A stretch of DNA of 64,000 nt from Candidatus Elulimicrobium sp. (GTDB taxonomy: Bacteria > Patescibacteriota > Minisyncoccia > Phycocordibacterales > UBA918), in contig DYNY01000002.1 of assembly GCA_020720815.1 (NCBI GenBank), forward strand, positions 5,980 to 69,979. The letters run 5' to 3'. Below the pieces are notes generated by a model that was given only the letters and a program-made list of their open reading frames with translations, did no database searches and was not told the DNA's origin. How positions within the stretch are numbered: position 1 is the first letter of the stretch; each line of letters starts with the position of its first letter. Below are positions 20,132 to 29,198 of the stretch, piece after piece. A program made the translations under genes and the position numbers.

Positions 20132-21928
20132 CTATGCGCGAGAAGCTTTTAGTTCATCCCGGGAACGTTTTATCTGGAGAAGTTGTGAAGGATCGGAAGT
20201 AATAATCTGATCTTCGGTATATGAGGCAATAACTTTAATCGCAACATGTTTAAGGCCGACGAAGAAGATACCTTCCCCTACTCCTGATTCAAGTAAAAGA
20301 AACTTTTCTTGGTCAGTTAGGTTAAAAGTTTTTTGGATATTGTCAATCGCGGTTGGTGATTGTTTCATCAAAAACTGGATAGAAGAGTTGGTAATCATTG
20401 GTACACCATAAGGCGAACGTAAGAAGTCGTCGACGTCTTGAGTAATGGTAGCAATGCCAAGATAGTACTTACGACCACGCTTGGCTAAGCTAAATAAGAA
20501 GGAGGCTGTGTCTTCAGACTTCATCATCCACCAAGCTTCATCTATCACCAATAGACGCTTTGCTAGGCGACGGCGAACTGATCCCCAAATAAAGTTGGTG
20601 ATAATGTACATGGCGATGGTCTTGAGTTCGTCTTCCATATCGCGCAAAGAGAAAACCACGAACTTTTGGTTAATGTCGACATTAGTAGGTTTATTCATAA
20701 AGCCTGACCAGGTACCAGAGGTATATTTTTGTAATCTGGTAAGGAGCGAGTTGCTACCGTCCATACCAGCTAATACCATTTCAAAGTCGGTTAGTAACGG
20801 TGGTTCTTGGTTGCTGAAGTCTGCGTCACCGGTAATATCCTTAAGAGCATAGGTTTCTTGAATAGCAAGATCTAATACAGTCTCTTCTTCGGGGGTAAGT
20901 CCGCCCATCATAAGGCGGAAGAGACCGATGAGTTCAATAATATGCGTGCGTAAAATATCACTCGGACTTTCGTCAGCTCCTGGTGGTGGTAAGTCAAAGG
21001 GATTGATATGATGATCGGAAGAGAGAGAAATGTTAAAGAATCGCCCACCGGTGGCTTCGGCCAAATACTCGTACTCTTTTTCAGGATCAAGCACAATAAC
21101 TTCTGAACCAAACATTAAGGAGCGGAGAATTTCTAGTTTTAAGCCATATGACTTACCAGCACCAGAAGTAGCAAATGTCACTGAGTTGTAGTTGGTGAGA
21201 GAGAAGCGATCAAATAGTACTAGTGAAGAGTTATGGCGGTTAACTCCATAGAGAATACCGGTATCTGAAGTTAAATCAAAAGATGTAAATGGAAAAAAGC
21301 TCGATAATGGAGCAGAGTTAAACTTGCTGTGCACCAATAATTCATCGGTAGCCATCGGGAGGACACTCTTAATACCCTGTTCTTGTTGGAAAAGCGCTGG
21401 TTTTATGTACACGAGTTTTGAATCGAGCATCCCTTTAATGTTATTTTCAGCCTTATTTAATTCAGCTTCATCCTTGCCATAGATAGTAATGTATAGCCCA
21501 ACATCAAAAAGCTTTTCTTCGGCTTGTTGGAGTTTATCACGTAACTCTTCTAGGTTACGGAAAGCCGCTTCTAGTTGGGGGTCACGCACTTCCCCACGTT
21601 CGGCCTTGATGTTAATTTGACTCTGTACCTCGGCCACTTTTTTTTGGAATTTTTTTAGGGTATCGGCTGTGTCTATCGGGTGAACATAAATTGCTACATC
21701 AAGTTCTTTCTCAATACTTAAAATTGGCTCTAGCCAGCCTTCAGTTAGGTAGCGAGGATAGGCTACAGCATAAAGTACTCGGGCTTGTATCCCACTGATA
21801 TTTAAACTACGAGGAGTAAATTGAATAGCTGATGGCGCAACAACGTCGATAAGGGTCATTAGTTCATCACTAATTTTATCGCCTCTTGGTGTGCTGGTTT
21901 GTGGTTTTAAGAAATCAAAAAGTCCCAT
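20132..21928 (-). CDS. virB4: VirB4-like type IV secretion/conjugation ATPase
   Basis: ATSGAGKS Walker A, VLDPEKEY, INPFD, VIDEAW, KRGRKY, ITQ. Confidence 0.9.
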   Translation of the reverse strand: MGLFDFLKPQTSTPRGDKISDELMTLIDVVAPSAIQFTPRSLNISGIQARVLYAVAYPRYLTEGWLEPILSIEKELDVAIYVHPIDTADTLKKFQKKVAEVQSQINIKAERGEVRDPQLEAAFRNLEELRDKLQQAEEKLFDVGLYITIYGKDEAELNKAENNIKGMLDSKLVYIKPALFQQEQGIKSVLPMATDELLVHSKFNSAPLSSFFPFTSFDLTSDTGILYGVNRHNSSLVLFDRFSLTNYNSVTFATSGAGKSYGLKLEILRSLMFGSEVIVLDPEKEYEYLAEATGGRFFNISLSSDHHINPFDLPPPGADESPSDILRTHIIELIGLFRLMMGGLTPEEETVLDLAIQETYALKDITGDADFSNQEPPLLTDFEMVLAGMDGSNSLLTRLQKYTSGTWSGFMNKPTNVDINQKFVVFSLRDMEDELKTIAMYIITNFIWGSVRRRLAKRLLVIDEAWWMMKSEDTASFLFSLAKRGRKYYLGIATITQDVDDFLRSPYGVPMITNSSIQFLMKQSPTAIDNIQKTFNLTDQEKFLLLESGVGEGIFFVGLKHVAIKVIASYTEDQIITSDPSQLLQIKRSRDELKASRA

Positions 21929-21931
21929 ATA

Positions 21932-22579
21932 CTATGCGTTTTTAGACGGTGCCGAGCCGGTAGGGTCAGCTGGATTATAGATGTGATAAAATAGCTCAAC
22001 TAAGTCGTCAGTCTTTAGTGGTACAGTCCTTACTCCTACTCCACCAAGTCCATCTTGTACTAGTGCTAAACGTTGATCTAGTTGAATCCGGTGTTCTTCA
22101 AATTGTTGTTCACCAGGTAGGTTGGTTTTTCGTGGACTACCCATAAACATAGAAGTGATACCTTTGGTAATGTTAATTGGGGCTGGAGAATATGGCACTA
22201 CCACATAGAAGTTTTTTTGCATAATATCAACTTCGGTGGTAAAGGTGCGAATAAAATCAATATATTCTCGTAGCTGAATCCGCATGAGGTCGTTATCTTG
22301 GTTGGCCTCACGTGTACCTAGGAGTGCTAGGTAAGGGTCAATATTAAGTCGACGAGATTGTACATAGATCTGTAAAGAAAAATCTAGGGTGTTTAAAAAA
22401 GTTTGAAACTGTTGGAGAATAGCTTGTTGTTCATCGGTTGATTTGAGAGCAAAGTTGACTGATGAAGCTAGTAGGATTGAGCACATCTGGCCGTTCTTAA
22501 GTAAGACCACCCCGTCACGGATGTCTTTAATGGTTACAAAATCTTGGGTAGTAGCTGATGTTTTTGGCATATTATTCAA
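21932..22579 (-). CDS. VirB4/TraE N-terminal-like T4SS component
   Basis: IKDIRDGVVLLK, VNFALKSTDEQ, FYVVVP; lies between prgI and virB4. Confidence 0.7.
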   Translation of the reverse strand: MNNMPKTSATTQDFVTIKDIRDGVVLLKNGQMCSILLASSVNFALKSTDEQQAILQQFQTFLNTLDFSLQIYVQSRRLNIDPYLALLGTREANQDNDLMRIQLREYIDFIRTFTTEVDIMQKNFYVVVPYSPAPINITKGITSMFMGSPRKTNLPGEQQFEEHRIQLDQRLALVQDGLGGVGVRTVPLKTDDLVELFYHIYNPADPTGSAPSKNA

Positions 22580-22988
22580 TTTTCTGCATCGCTTCTAACT
22601 CTAGGCGTCGTGCGAGCGAGATTGGTGGTGATTTAGGAACCACCACACTACTGTTAGTCGGCTTTTCCTCGGTAGAATTTGGCGTGAAAGAATACTTGTA
22701 AGTCTTTTGTTCTTTTTGACGCCAAAGATAGAGTTTAGTTCCTTGAAAATAGTTAATAATTGCTTCGAGGAAAAATGAGAAGGGGCGATTATTAACCGGA
22801 TAAAAAGCTAGTGCTCCGGCCAAAATAGCTAAGGGTAAACCAACTAAAATAAAGATAATAATATTAGCGGTAAAGAAAAGTACCACCCCCATCCCCACTC
22901 CGCCACCTAGATATAAAAATTGTCGCCAGGTTAGAGGGCCAAATATTTTATCCTCAATATCAATAAACTGTGGAACTTCAAATCTCAT
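22572..22988 (-). CDS. PrgI family (VirB3-like) membrane protein
   Basis: VPQFIDIEDKIFGPLTWRQF followed by two TM segments. Confidence 0.85.
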   Translation of the reverse strand: MRFEVPQFIDIEDKIFGPLTWRQFLYLGGGVGMGVVLFFTANIIIFILVGLPLAILAGALAFYPVNNRPFSFFLEAIINYFQGTKLYLWRQKEQKTYKYSFTPNSTEEKPTNSSVVVPKSPPISLARRLELEAMQKIE

Positions 22989-23066
22989 GTCTTCTATTAT
23001 ACATGTCTAAGTACCAATGAGACACCGCTAGTTCTGTGTCTATCCACAATTAACTTGGATAATTTT

Positions 23067-23594
23067 TTATTCGGTTTCCCAGCGTGGGGTGCTAGAAGAT
23101 GGCGGTGGCGGCGGTATGCGAGTAGTCAAAGTGGCTTTAGCTTCAGTTAAGATAGCTGATTGAGTGGTGGTATAGACGTTTTCTGTGGGATGAGGAATGG
23201 GTTTAGGAATAGCCTTCAAGACCGCTTCAGCTTCAAGGATTTCAGATTCCAATAGATTGGTACTTGGTGACAAAAATGTTTCACTATAAATTTCCTCGTA
23301 GGCGCTTACTATTGGTAGCGGTAAGGCTTGAATAAAGCCTTCGACTAGTAATTCACCATCACTCCTAGGTATACCACATTCCTCTTCGGCAAAGATTATA
23401 AATTCTGGTCGATCAAAGAAGAAAGTCATTAGTAAGACAAAACCATTTTCTAAAACAACAGATTGTTCATCATTTAAATTACTCGTGTCAACAAAGACAC
23501 CACATATCTCTTCAAAATAATCACTAAGGACAAAGTCTCGGTAGGTGGGGTCAAGCGACAGTAGTCTTTGTTCGATGGTTTGTTGTGGTGTCAT
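23067..23594 (-). CDS. Hypothetical acidic protein with Pro-rich tail
   Basis: 175 aa ORF in operon-like spacing. Confidence 0.7.
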   Translation of the reverse strand: MTPQQTIEQRLLSLDPTYRDFVLSDYFEEICGVFVDTSNLNDEQSVVLENGFVLLMTFFFDRPEFIIFAEEECGIPRSDGELLVEGFIQALPLPIVSAYEEIYSETFLSPSTNLLESEILEAEAVLKAIPKPIPHPTENVYTTTQSAILTEAKATLTTRIPPPPPSSSTPRWETE

Positions 23595-23609
23595 ATTAAT
23601 TATTTGAAG

Positions 23610-25721
23610 CTAGGCCGCTGGTGCTGGTTTTGCTTCAGCAGATTTTTCTTTTTCATCTTTAAGACTCTTTTGTAGCTCTTTTAACAGTTTATCTCTGTTA
23701 AGATTGTCTTTGGCATTTGTCTCTGTCTTCAAGATGTTGGCTTGTGCTTTTTGACCATACTCGCCATAGTAATTTTTCATGTGGTCGGCTACGTCTTTAT
23801 TTCTCCGACCAAAAGAGTGATTATTTCTTATGATTGGAACTTTATTCCAGGTATCAGCCCTACCTTGGATAGTTTTTGCATAGGCTATTTGATTGGCGTA
23901 TATCGTGGCAGATTCAGCCTTGGTTTTTAGACTATCCATTACACCTTTCAATACCGTCTGTGAAGTAGCAAAATTTTTCTGAGCGGTCGCGACATCATTT
24001 TTCAAATCAGCTAAGCCACTTGTTTCTTCTATCTTGTCTAATTCGGCTTTGGTCGTATTTAGTTTCTTTTCTATCTCATCACTTTGATCTTTGGTTTGAT
24101 ACTTCTTGGCGTCTTTTAGTTCCGCTTCAAGTTTAGCAATCTCTGCCTCCTTAGCTGACTTCTCCGTCGCTATTTCTGCTTCTTTGGTTGCTACCGCGGC
24201 GGTAGTTGAAGCTACCGCGGCGGTATTAGTGGTATGAGTACCATCGGCTTTATGTAGTTCACTACCTACCTTGGTCTTCTCTTCGTCCACTAAGTTTTTT
24301 GTATTTTCTTCTAAGGCTTTCTTTCCTGCCTCACTTTTTATATCAATTTTATCTAAGCTATTATTAAACTTAATTTCACGCTCTCGTCTTTTCTTATCGG
24401 CTTCCTCTTTGCGCGCCAAATAGCCTTTATCGTTACCACCACCCAGGCCGAAAGCCTTACCGACTCCACCAATATTACGAACATCATAAGAACTATTGGC
24501 GACACCTTTAGTTGTTTTCAGCAAGGCCTTACCTGTCCTGCTCTCGGCAGCCCATTTATTGAAGGATGGGTTATTGGCGAGCCTATTTCCTGCCCGACCA
24601 GCCAGTTGCCGACCGGCAAAGGCGGCGGTACCGGCCGTTGCACCACCGGCAGCTCGCTTGCCGTACGACTTGGCCTTACCAACCATCTTATTACCAATCG
24701 ACATAACCGCCCCGCTACCATTAGCACCCATCTTTTGCGCGACAACAACGGCCGCAATAAGAAAGACGGCGGTAAGGATAAAAGGTGGAAAAACCTGAAT
24801 AAAGGAGGCCGGAGCTTCTTTTGTCCACATAGCACTAAGTGACTTTGGCCCGCCACCGGTAATAGAAAAATTTGCTAACACTTTAGCTGAAAAGTAGATC
24901 ATTAGAATATAAGCCGGGGCGACAAAACAACGACTCAAAAAACCACTCCAATATTCAGTGGAGTACTTGGACATTGAGGGGAAAACCCAACCAATAAACA
25001 TAATTGGTGACAGTACCATGTAGATGTTTAGTACCACAAAACGAATAATTAGCAAAAACGACCCGGCAAAAAACACAAAGGCTGTTATGATATATAAGAA
25101 CATCGTGCCAAAAATATAGCCAAAAGATCCTCCCCCTCTTAATTTTTCAAAATCTGCCCCAGACTTGCTAGAGAAGTCCAAGACACTGGTTAGACCCATA
25201 AGACGCATAAATTCACCAGAAATACTAACAGCACCATCGGCATCTTTTGGAAACGAATTTACTAGTTGTACCGTGGAGATGTTAGAAAAATCAACCACAA
25301 ACTTTGTGATAAAGAGACTAAAATTTACTAAGAGAGCGGCCAGGATAATTGAAATTAGCATTTTTTTGGTATTACTGTCACTGCCGAAAATCATCCGTAG
25401 GCCAATAAAGACTAAGCCAAAGATAAAGGTTAGATTGAAAATGTCCCGCACCGTTACCCAAAGTGTATCGATGGTTAGGCCGAGTCCACTCTCTGCAAAG
25501 AGCTTGCCAAAACCAATCACCATATGGTTAATTGTGTAGTCCAGAAACATTCCACTAATCCAGACCAACCAGCCAAACAGTAAGTTGACCAACGTCCATA
25601 GAAATTCTTCCAATAGGTTAGCGTAAGTTATGTGCGGAACAAAAACCACCAGTAATAGTAAACCAAGCACCGCTACCAAGGCGCTTTTTTGGTTTAATCT
25701 CTTACTAAAACTCTTAAACAT
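23610..25721 (-). CDS. VirB6/TrbL-like polytopic membrane protein with coiled-coil tail
   Basis: W..VRD..N, AALLVNFSL, RFVVL..YMVLSPI; Gly/Ala-rich linker and coiled coil. Confidence 0.75.
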   Translation of the reverse strand: MFKSFSKRLNQKSALVAVLGLLLLVVFVPHITYANLLEEFLWTLVNLLFGWLVWISGMFLDYTINHMVIGFGKLFAESGLGLTIDTLWVTVRDIFNLTFIFGLVFIGLRMIFGSDSNTKKMLISIILAALLVNFSLFITKFVVDFSNISTVQLVNSFPKDADGAVSISGEFMRLMGLTSVLDFSSKSGADFEKLRGGGSFGYIFGTMFLYIITAFVFFAGSFLLIIRFVVLNIYMVLSPIMFIGWVFPSMSKYSTEYWSGFLSRCFVAPAYILMIYFSAKVLANFSITGGGPKSLSAMWTKEAPASFIQVFPPFILTAVFLIAAVVVAQKMGANGSGAVMSIGNKMVGKAKSYGKRAAGGATAGTAAFAGRQLAGRAGNRLANNPSFNKWAAESRTGKALLKTTKGVANSSYDVRNIGGVGKAFGLGGGNDKGYLARKEEADKKRREREIKFNNSLDKIDIKSEAGKKALEENTKNLVDEEKTKVGSELHKADGTHTTNTAAVASTTAAVATKEAEIATEKSAKEAEIAKLEAELKDAKKYQTKDQSDEIEKKLNTTKAELDKIEETSGLADLKNDVATAQKNFATSQTVLKGVMDSLKTKAESATIYANQIAYAKTIQGRADTWNKVPIIRNNHSFGRRNKDVADHMKNYYGEYGQKAQANILKTETNAKDNLNRDKLLKELQKSLKDEKEKSAEAKPAPAA

Positions 25722-25739
25722 AACCTAATGCTAAGCCAA

Positions 25740-27224
25740 TTAGTCTTTCAAGAAATTTTTCCAAATTATTTCTTTTCCATTTACTTCTGGCTCTGAGTGC
25801 AAGTCACGATTGTTGGTAAATTCGTTAGTTAGCTCTTGTAAGGTGGTAGGGTTTACACCATCGACCATCATGTCATCAAATCGTAGTAAGATACCATTTA
25901 AGGATTTTAAGAATATAGGTTCTGGATCTGCTGGGTCTCCGATATTGGAAATAATGATAGGCCGAGTCTCATCCATCTCATTGAGAATTTCTTGTGCCTC
26001 AGTCCTTCGTTCCAGACTATTGTTGATGATATCTAGTATAAAGGCTTCAAATAATGGATGGTAATTATTAATCAAAGCCAAATAGTCATTTTCCACAATA
26101 ATTGCGTCTTCGATTAACTCTCTAAAGACCGCTGGACTAAGTGATGAATCAGCTTCGGCCACTTGGGTAGTGTAGGCTTGTCCATTGTAGACGTAGCCTG
26201 AACCCCCTGATAATCCTAGTAAACCAGCCGCTCCGGTAAAGGCTTTCTGGGTGATTTGTGCAAATAAGGCACTAACCAACTCATTTATTTCGTCGGCAGA
26301 AATGAGTGACTGTGGTCCGGTAGAGGTTTGAAAAGTAAGAGCTTCATTTATTACTTTACCAGGAGTAGTGATAGTGCAGTTTTTGCGCGGAGAATCGGCT
26401 CCTTCCACAACTTCACAGAGTTTACTAGAGAGGAAGCCTGAACCGTAATCTAAAAGCTTGAATTCCTCACCTCGAGCATTGGTGATGCGAGCACTTGCCT
26501 CAGATTGGGCTGATAGTATTCCACCGAGAGGAGTCAAAGCCTTCGGGTTTTGGGTAATAGCAAAGAAACTGTCCCAACCGCCGTTTTCGACAAAAGTAGC
26601 TGTTCCTTCAATAAACTTATCGACATTTTCGATCGCACCGCTTAAGGTGCAGGCGGTTGATTTACCAGGCGCTTCTCCATTCATGCGTTGGTAGTCGTAT
26701 GATATCGCTAAAGCTAGACGCACATCAAGCTTAAAAGGGGCGCAGATAAAAGAGAAGGCACCACCAAGTTCTTCCAAATATTGACCAAACTGCTCGTCTG
26801 CTATCTGCGTGACAAACCCTTTGAAATCAGTGATAAAAGCCGGGCTACCTTCAAAGCCTGAATTTACCCAATTAACCATACTAGAGGTCATCTGCGAAAG
26901 AATATTTTTTGCTAATGACCAAGCTATACCGTCTAAGACGTTTTCAAGCACAAAGGATGAACTAGTCATTGCTGCGGTAACACCATCTAGACTGACAGAG
27001 GCTGTGGTAGCCGCATTGACACCAAGAAGTTGAAACATATTCAATATCTGGGTTGCTTCACTAGATCCGCCCGCCATTGGTCCACCGGCTTCAACCTTAT
27101 CTATTTTATTAAAATCGTGTGGTATATAAAGACTAACTAAGCCAAAACAAAAAACAAAAATAAATATTAGAAATCGTTCGATTATTTGGTGTATTTTTAT
27201 CATATTAGAGTTGTTACTGAACAT
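25740..27224 (-). CDS. Secreted/membrane-anchored hypothetical protein of the T4SS-like locus
   Basis: N-terminal TM; WVNSGFEGSPAF, ICAPF and C.ITTPG motifs. Confidence 0.7.
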   Translation of the reverse strand: MFSNNSNMIKIHQIIERFLIFIFVFCFGLVSLYIPHDFNKIDKVEAGGPMAGGSSEATQILNMFQLLGVNAATTASVSLDGVTAAMTSSSFVLENVLDGIAWSLAKNILSQMTSSMVNWVNSGFEGSPAFITDFKGFVTQIADEQFGQYLEELGGAFSFICAPFKLDVRLALAISYDYQRMNGEAPGKSTACTLSGAIENVDKFIEGTATFVENGGWDSFFAITQNPKALTPLGGILSAQSEASARITNARGEEFKLLDYGSGFLSSKLCEVVEGADSPRKNCTITTPGKVINEALTFQTSTGPQSLISADEINELVSALFAQITQKAFTGAAGLLGLSGGSGYVYNGQAYTTQVAEADSSLSPAVFRELIEDAIIVENDYLALINNYHPLFEAFILDIINNSLERRTEAQEILNEMDETRPIIISNIGDPADPEPIFLKSLNGILLRFDDMMVDGVNPTTLQELTNEFTNNRDLHSEPEVNGKEIIWKNFLKD

Positions 27225-28116
27225 TTTGGCTAAAATTGGTTAGTAAGATGGCCGAATCATTCATACCAAAAACTTTTGCATGAGGAACTAAAGCATCATA
27301 TATATTGGTTAAAGCCAAACCCAAACCCTTAATATCGTCTTCGTAACGTTTTATTCTTATATAAGGAACCATCGGGTCGGAAATGGCTTCGCTCATGCTT
27401 TTAATATTTTCATACATAGCGTTATAAACATTTATTAAGTCCAAGTGTTGTTTGATGAATTCTCTCGGTACAGCAATAGAAGCTGTCGAATCCCGATAGT
27501 CCTTATAGACTTGGGCTAACCGCTTTAGGTCAGAATCGTCTCTTGTGTCCTCCGGTGAAGCAAGATAGTCACGTAGTAAGAGCATTTCGTTGTCCAAATC
27601 TTTTTGACTTTTGGTAAGCAGAATATCGGCAATGGCATTACCGTAATTACGAATATCCTTATCTTGGCTTTGATTGGAAATTATTATGTCTTTTACGTCA
27701 TAAATTTTGTCTTCGGTAGCCACATCACCTAGTCTTTCAACCGCTTCTTGCAATAGCAACTCTTTTGGTTTAGCGATTGGTCCAGCCGCTTTAGTGGCTA
27801 ATAAGTTTTCAAGAAGTGTAACACCAAGTTGCCCGGTTAAAGTCTTAGGCGTTTCATAAGCCGAAGCGTCAGTCGTGGTTAGTGTCACGGCTGGAGTGGT
27901 AACAAATTGGTCACGCCAATCCTCAACCCCATCGATATCATTGTCAGTTGTAGGAATAAAAACCCGCATCGGGGCTTCGTCTGCCTTAGCGGATTCTATT
28001 TTTGTTAAAGATGAGGTGCGTGGTTCACCAAAATTACTAACTACATAAGCTCCAGCCACGATAGCAAAACCAATCATGAAAGAACCAACTACTTTTGGGT
28101 TTCGAAAGTATTCCAT
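27214..28116 (-). CDS. Membrane-anchored hypothetical protein
   Basis: N-terminal TM; DNDIDGVEDW (DxDxDG-type Ca-binding) motif. Confidence 0.7.
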   Translation of the reverse strand: MEYFRNPKVVGSFMIGFAIVAGAYVVSNFGEPRTSSLTKIESAKADEAPMRVFIPTTDNDIDGVEDWRDQFVTTPAVTLTTTDASAYETPKTLTGQLGVTLLENLLATKAAGPIAKPKELLLQEAVERLGDVATEDKIYDVKDIIISNQSQDKDIRNYGNAIADILLTKSQKDLDNEMLLLRDYLASPEDTRDDSDLKRLAQVYKDYRDSTASIAVPREFIKQHLDLINVYNAMYENIKSMSEAISDPMVPYIRIKRYEDDIKGLGLALTNIYDALVPHAKVFGMNDSAILLTNFSQNVQ

Positions 28117-28174
28117 AAATATAGTATAGCAGTCATCAGCCTACAAAATGACTAGTTATGTATACATCTGTGAA

Positions 28175-29035
28175 CTACTTGATTTGATTTGTCATACTAA
28201 CTGGTACTCCTTTTAATGCTTTAGCTAAAGCCAACCAAGTCTCTAAGTCTAAGTCCTCTCCGCGGACAGTTAGTGATAGTTTAAGCTTGGTAAAAATAGT
28301 AGTAATATCAGTTCGTTTAAATTCATGACCTAGATTATGAATTAGTTGTTTGCGTTTTTTACCAAGTCCAAGGTGTAGTAAATAAAAGAAAAAATCAGCT
28401 TTAAGATCAGTAAAATTATTTTGATTTATGTTCAAAATGGCCAAAATGGCTGAGTCGACATTGGGTTGAGGGTGAAAATGACCCCTGACCACAGTTCTTA
28501 CATAGTTTGGTTCGCCAAAAGCTCGCACCGAAAGGGATAGCAAAGATTCCTTTTTTGCTCGAGCGATTCTGGAAACTAATTCTTTTTGCATTAAAAAAAC
28601 TAGAGTATTTGGCTGGATGGGACTTTCTAAAAATTGTCTAAGTAATAAGCCTGAAAGATAATAAGGAATATTAGCCACCACCTTAAATTGTTTATTTTTA
28701 AGACCCAAGGTAGTGGGAGTGATATAACGTGCATCACCATGAATGAGTTTTAGTTTGCCAACCTTGATTTCTAGGGCGAAGGCCTCTTTTAGGTGAGGCA
28801 ATACCCTTTCATCAGCTTCAATCGCCAGCACACTTACTCCCCTTTTTAGGAGCGCACCAGTCAAACGTCCGGTACCAGGCCCAATTTCTAGTACAGTTTC
28901 TCCGGCCTCTAACCTACCGGCATCACAAAGCCACTCAGGGACAACATTACTGGTAAGGAAATTTTGCCCAAGGGATTTTTTGTGCTTGAAAGTAGGTCTT
29001 TCGGCTGGATTTGAGTTTGTTTTGTCCTCTTTCAT
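28175..29035 (-). CDS. rsmA: 16S rRNA dimethyladenosine transferase RsmA/KsgA
   Basis: KKSLGQNFL, LEIGPGTG, VANIPY, P.P.VDSA. Confidence 0.96.
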   Translation of the reverse strand: MKEDKTNSNPAERPTFKHKKSLGQNFLTSNVVPEWLCDAGRLEAGETVLEIGPGTGRLTGALLKRGVSVLAIEADERVLPHLKEAFALEIKVGKLKLIHGDARYITPTTLGLKNKQFKVVANIPYYLSGLLLRQFLESPIQPNTLVFLMQKELVSRIARAKKESLLSLSVRAFGEPNYVRTVVRGHFHPQPNVDSAILAILNINQNNFTDLKADFFFYLLHLGLGKKRKQLIHNLGHEFKRTDITTIFTKLKLSLTVRGEDLDLETWLALAKALKGVPVSMTNQIK

Positions 29036-29198
29036 ACTGCGAGCATACAAAGAGCCAGTAAAAATAGCAATAGTTAAGTAAAACAAAGAGTGGCGCAGCC
29101 ACGACTATGTTTTACTTATGCAGGCGCTTAGCTGAGCCGCGACCCCACAGGGAGCGGGCAGCTAAGTTATATGTCCGGTCACTACATTCCTTTGTTTA

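Noticed and set aside
24190..24226. Tandem gctaccgcggcggta repeat
   Set aside because: Short in-frame repeat (TAAVA) in a coiled coil; not CRISPR or mobile
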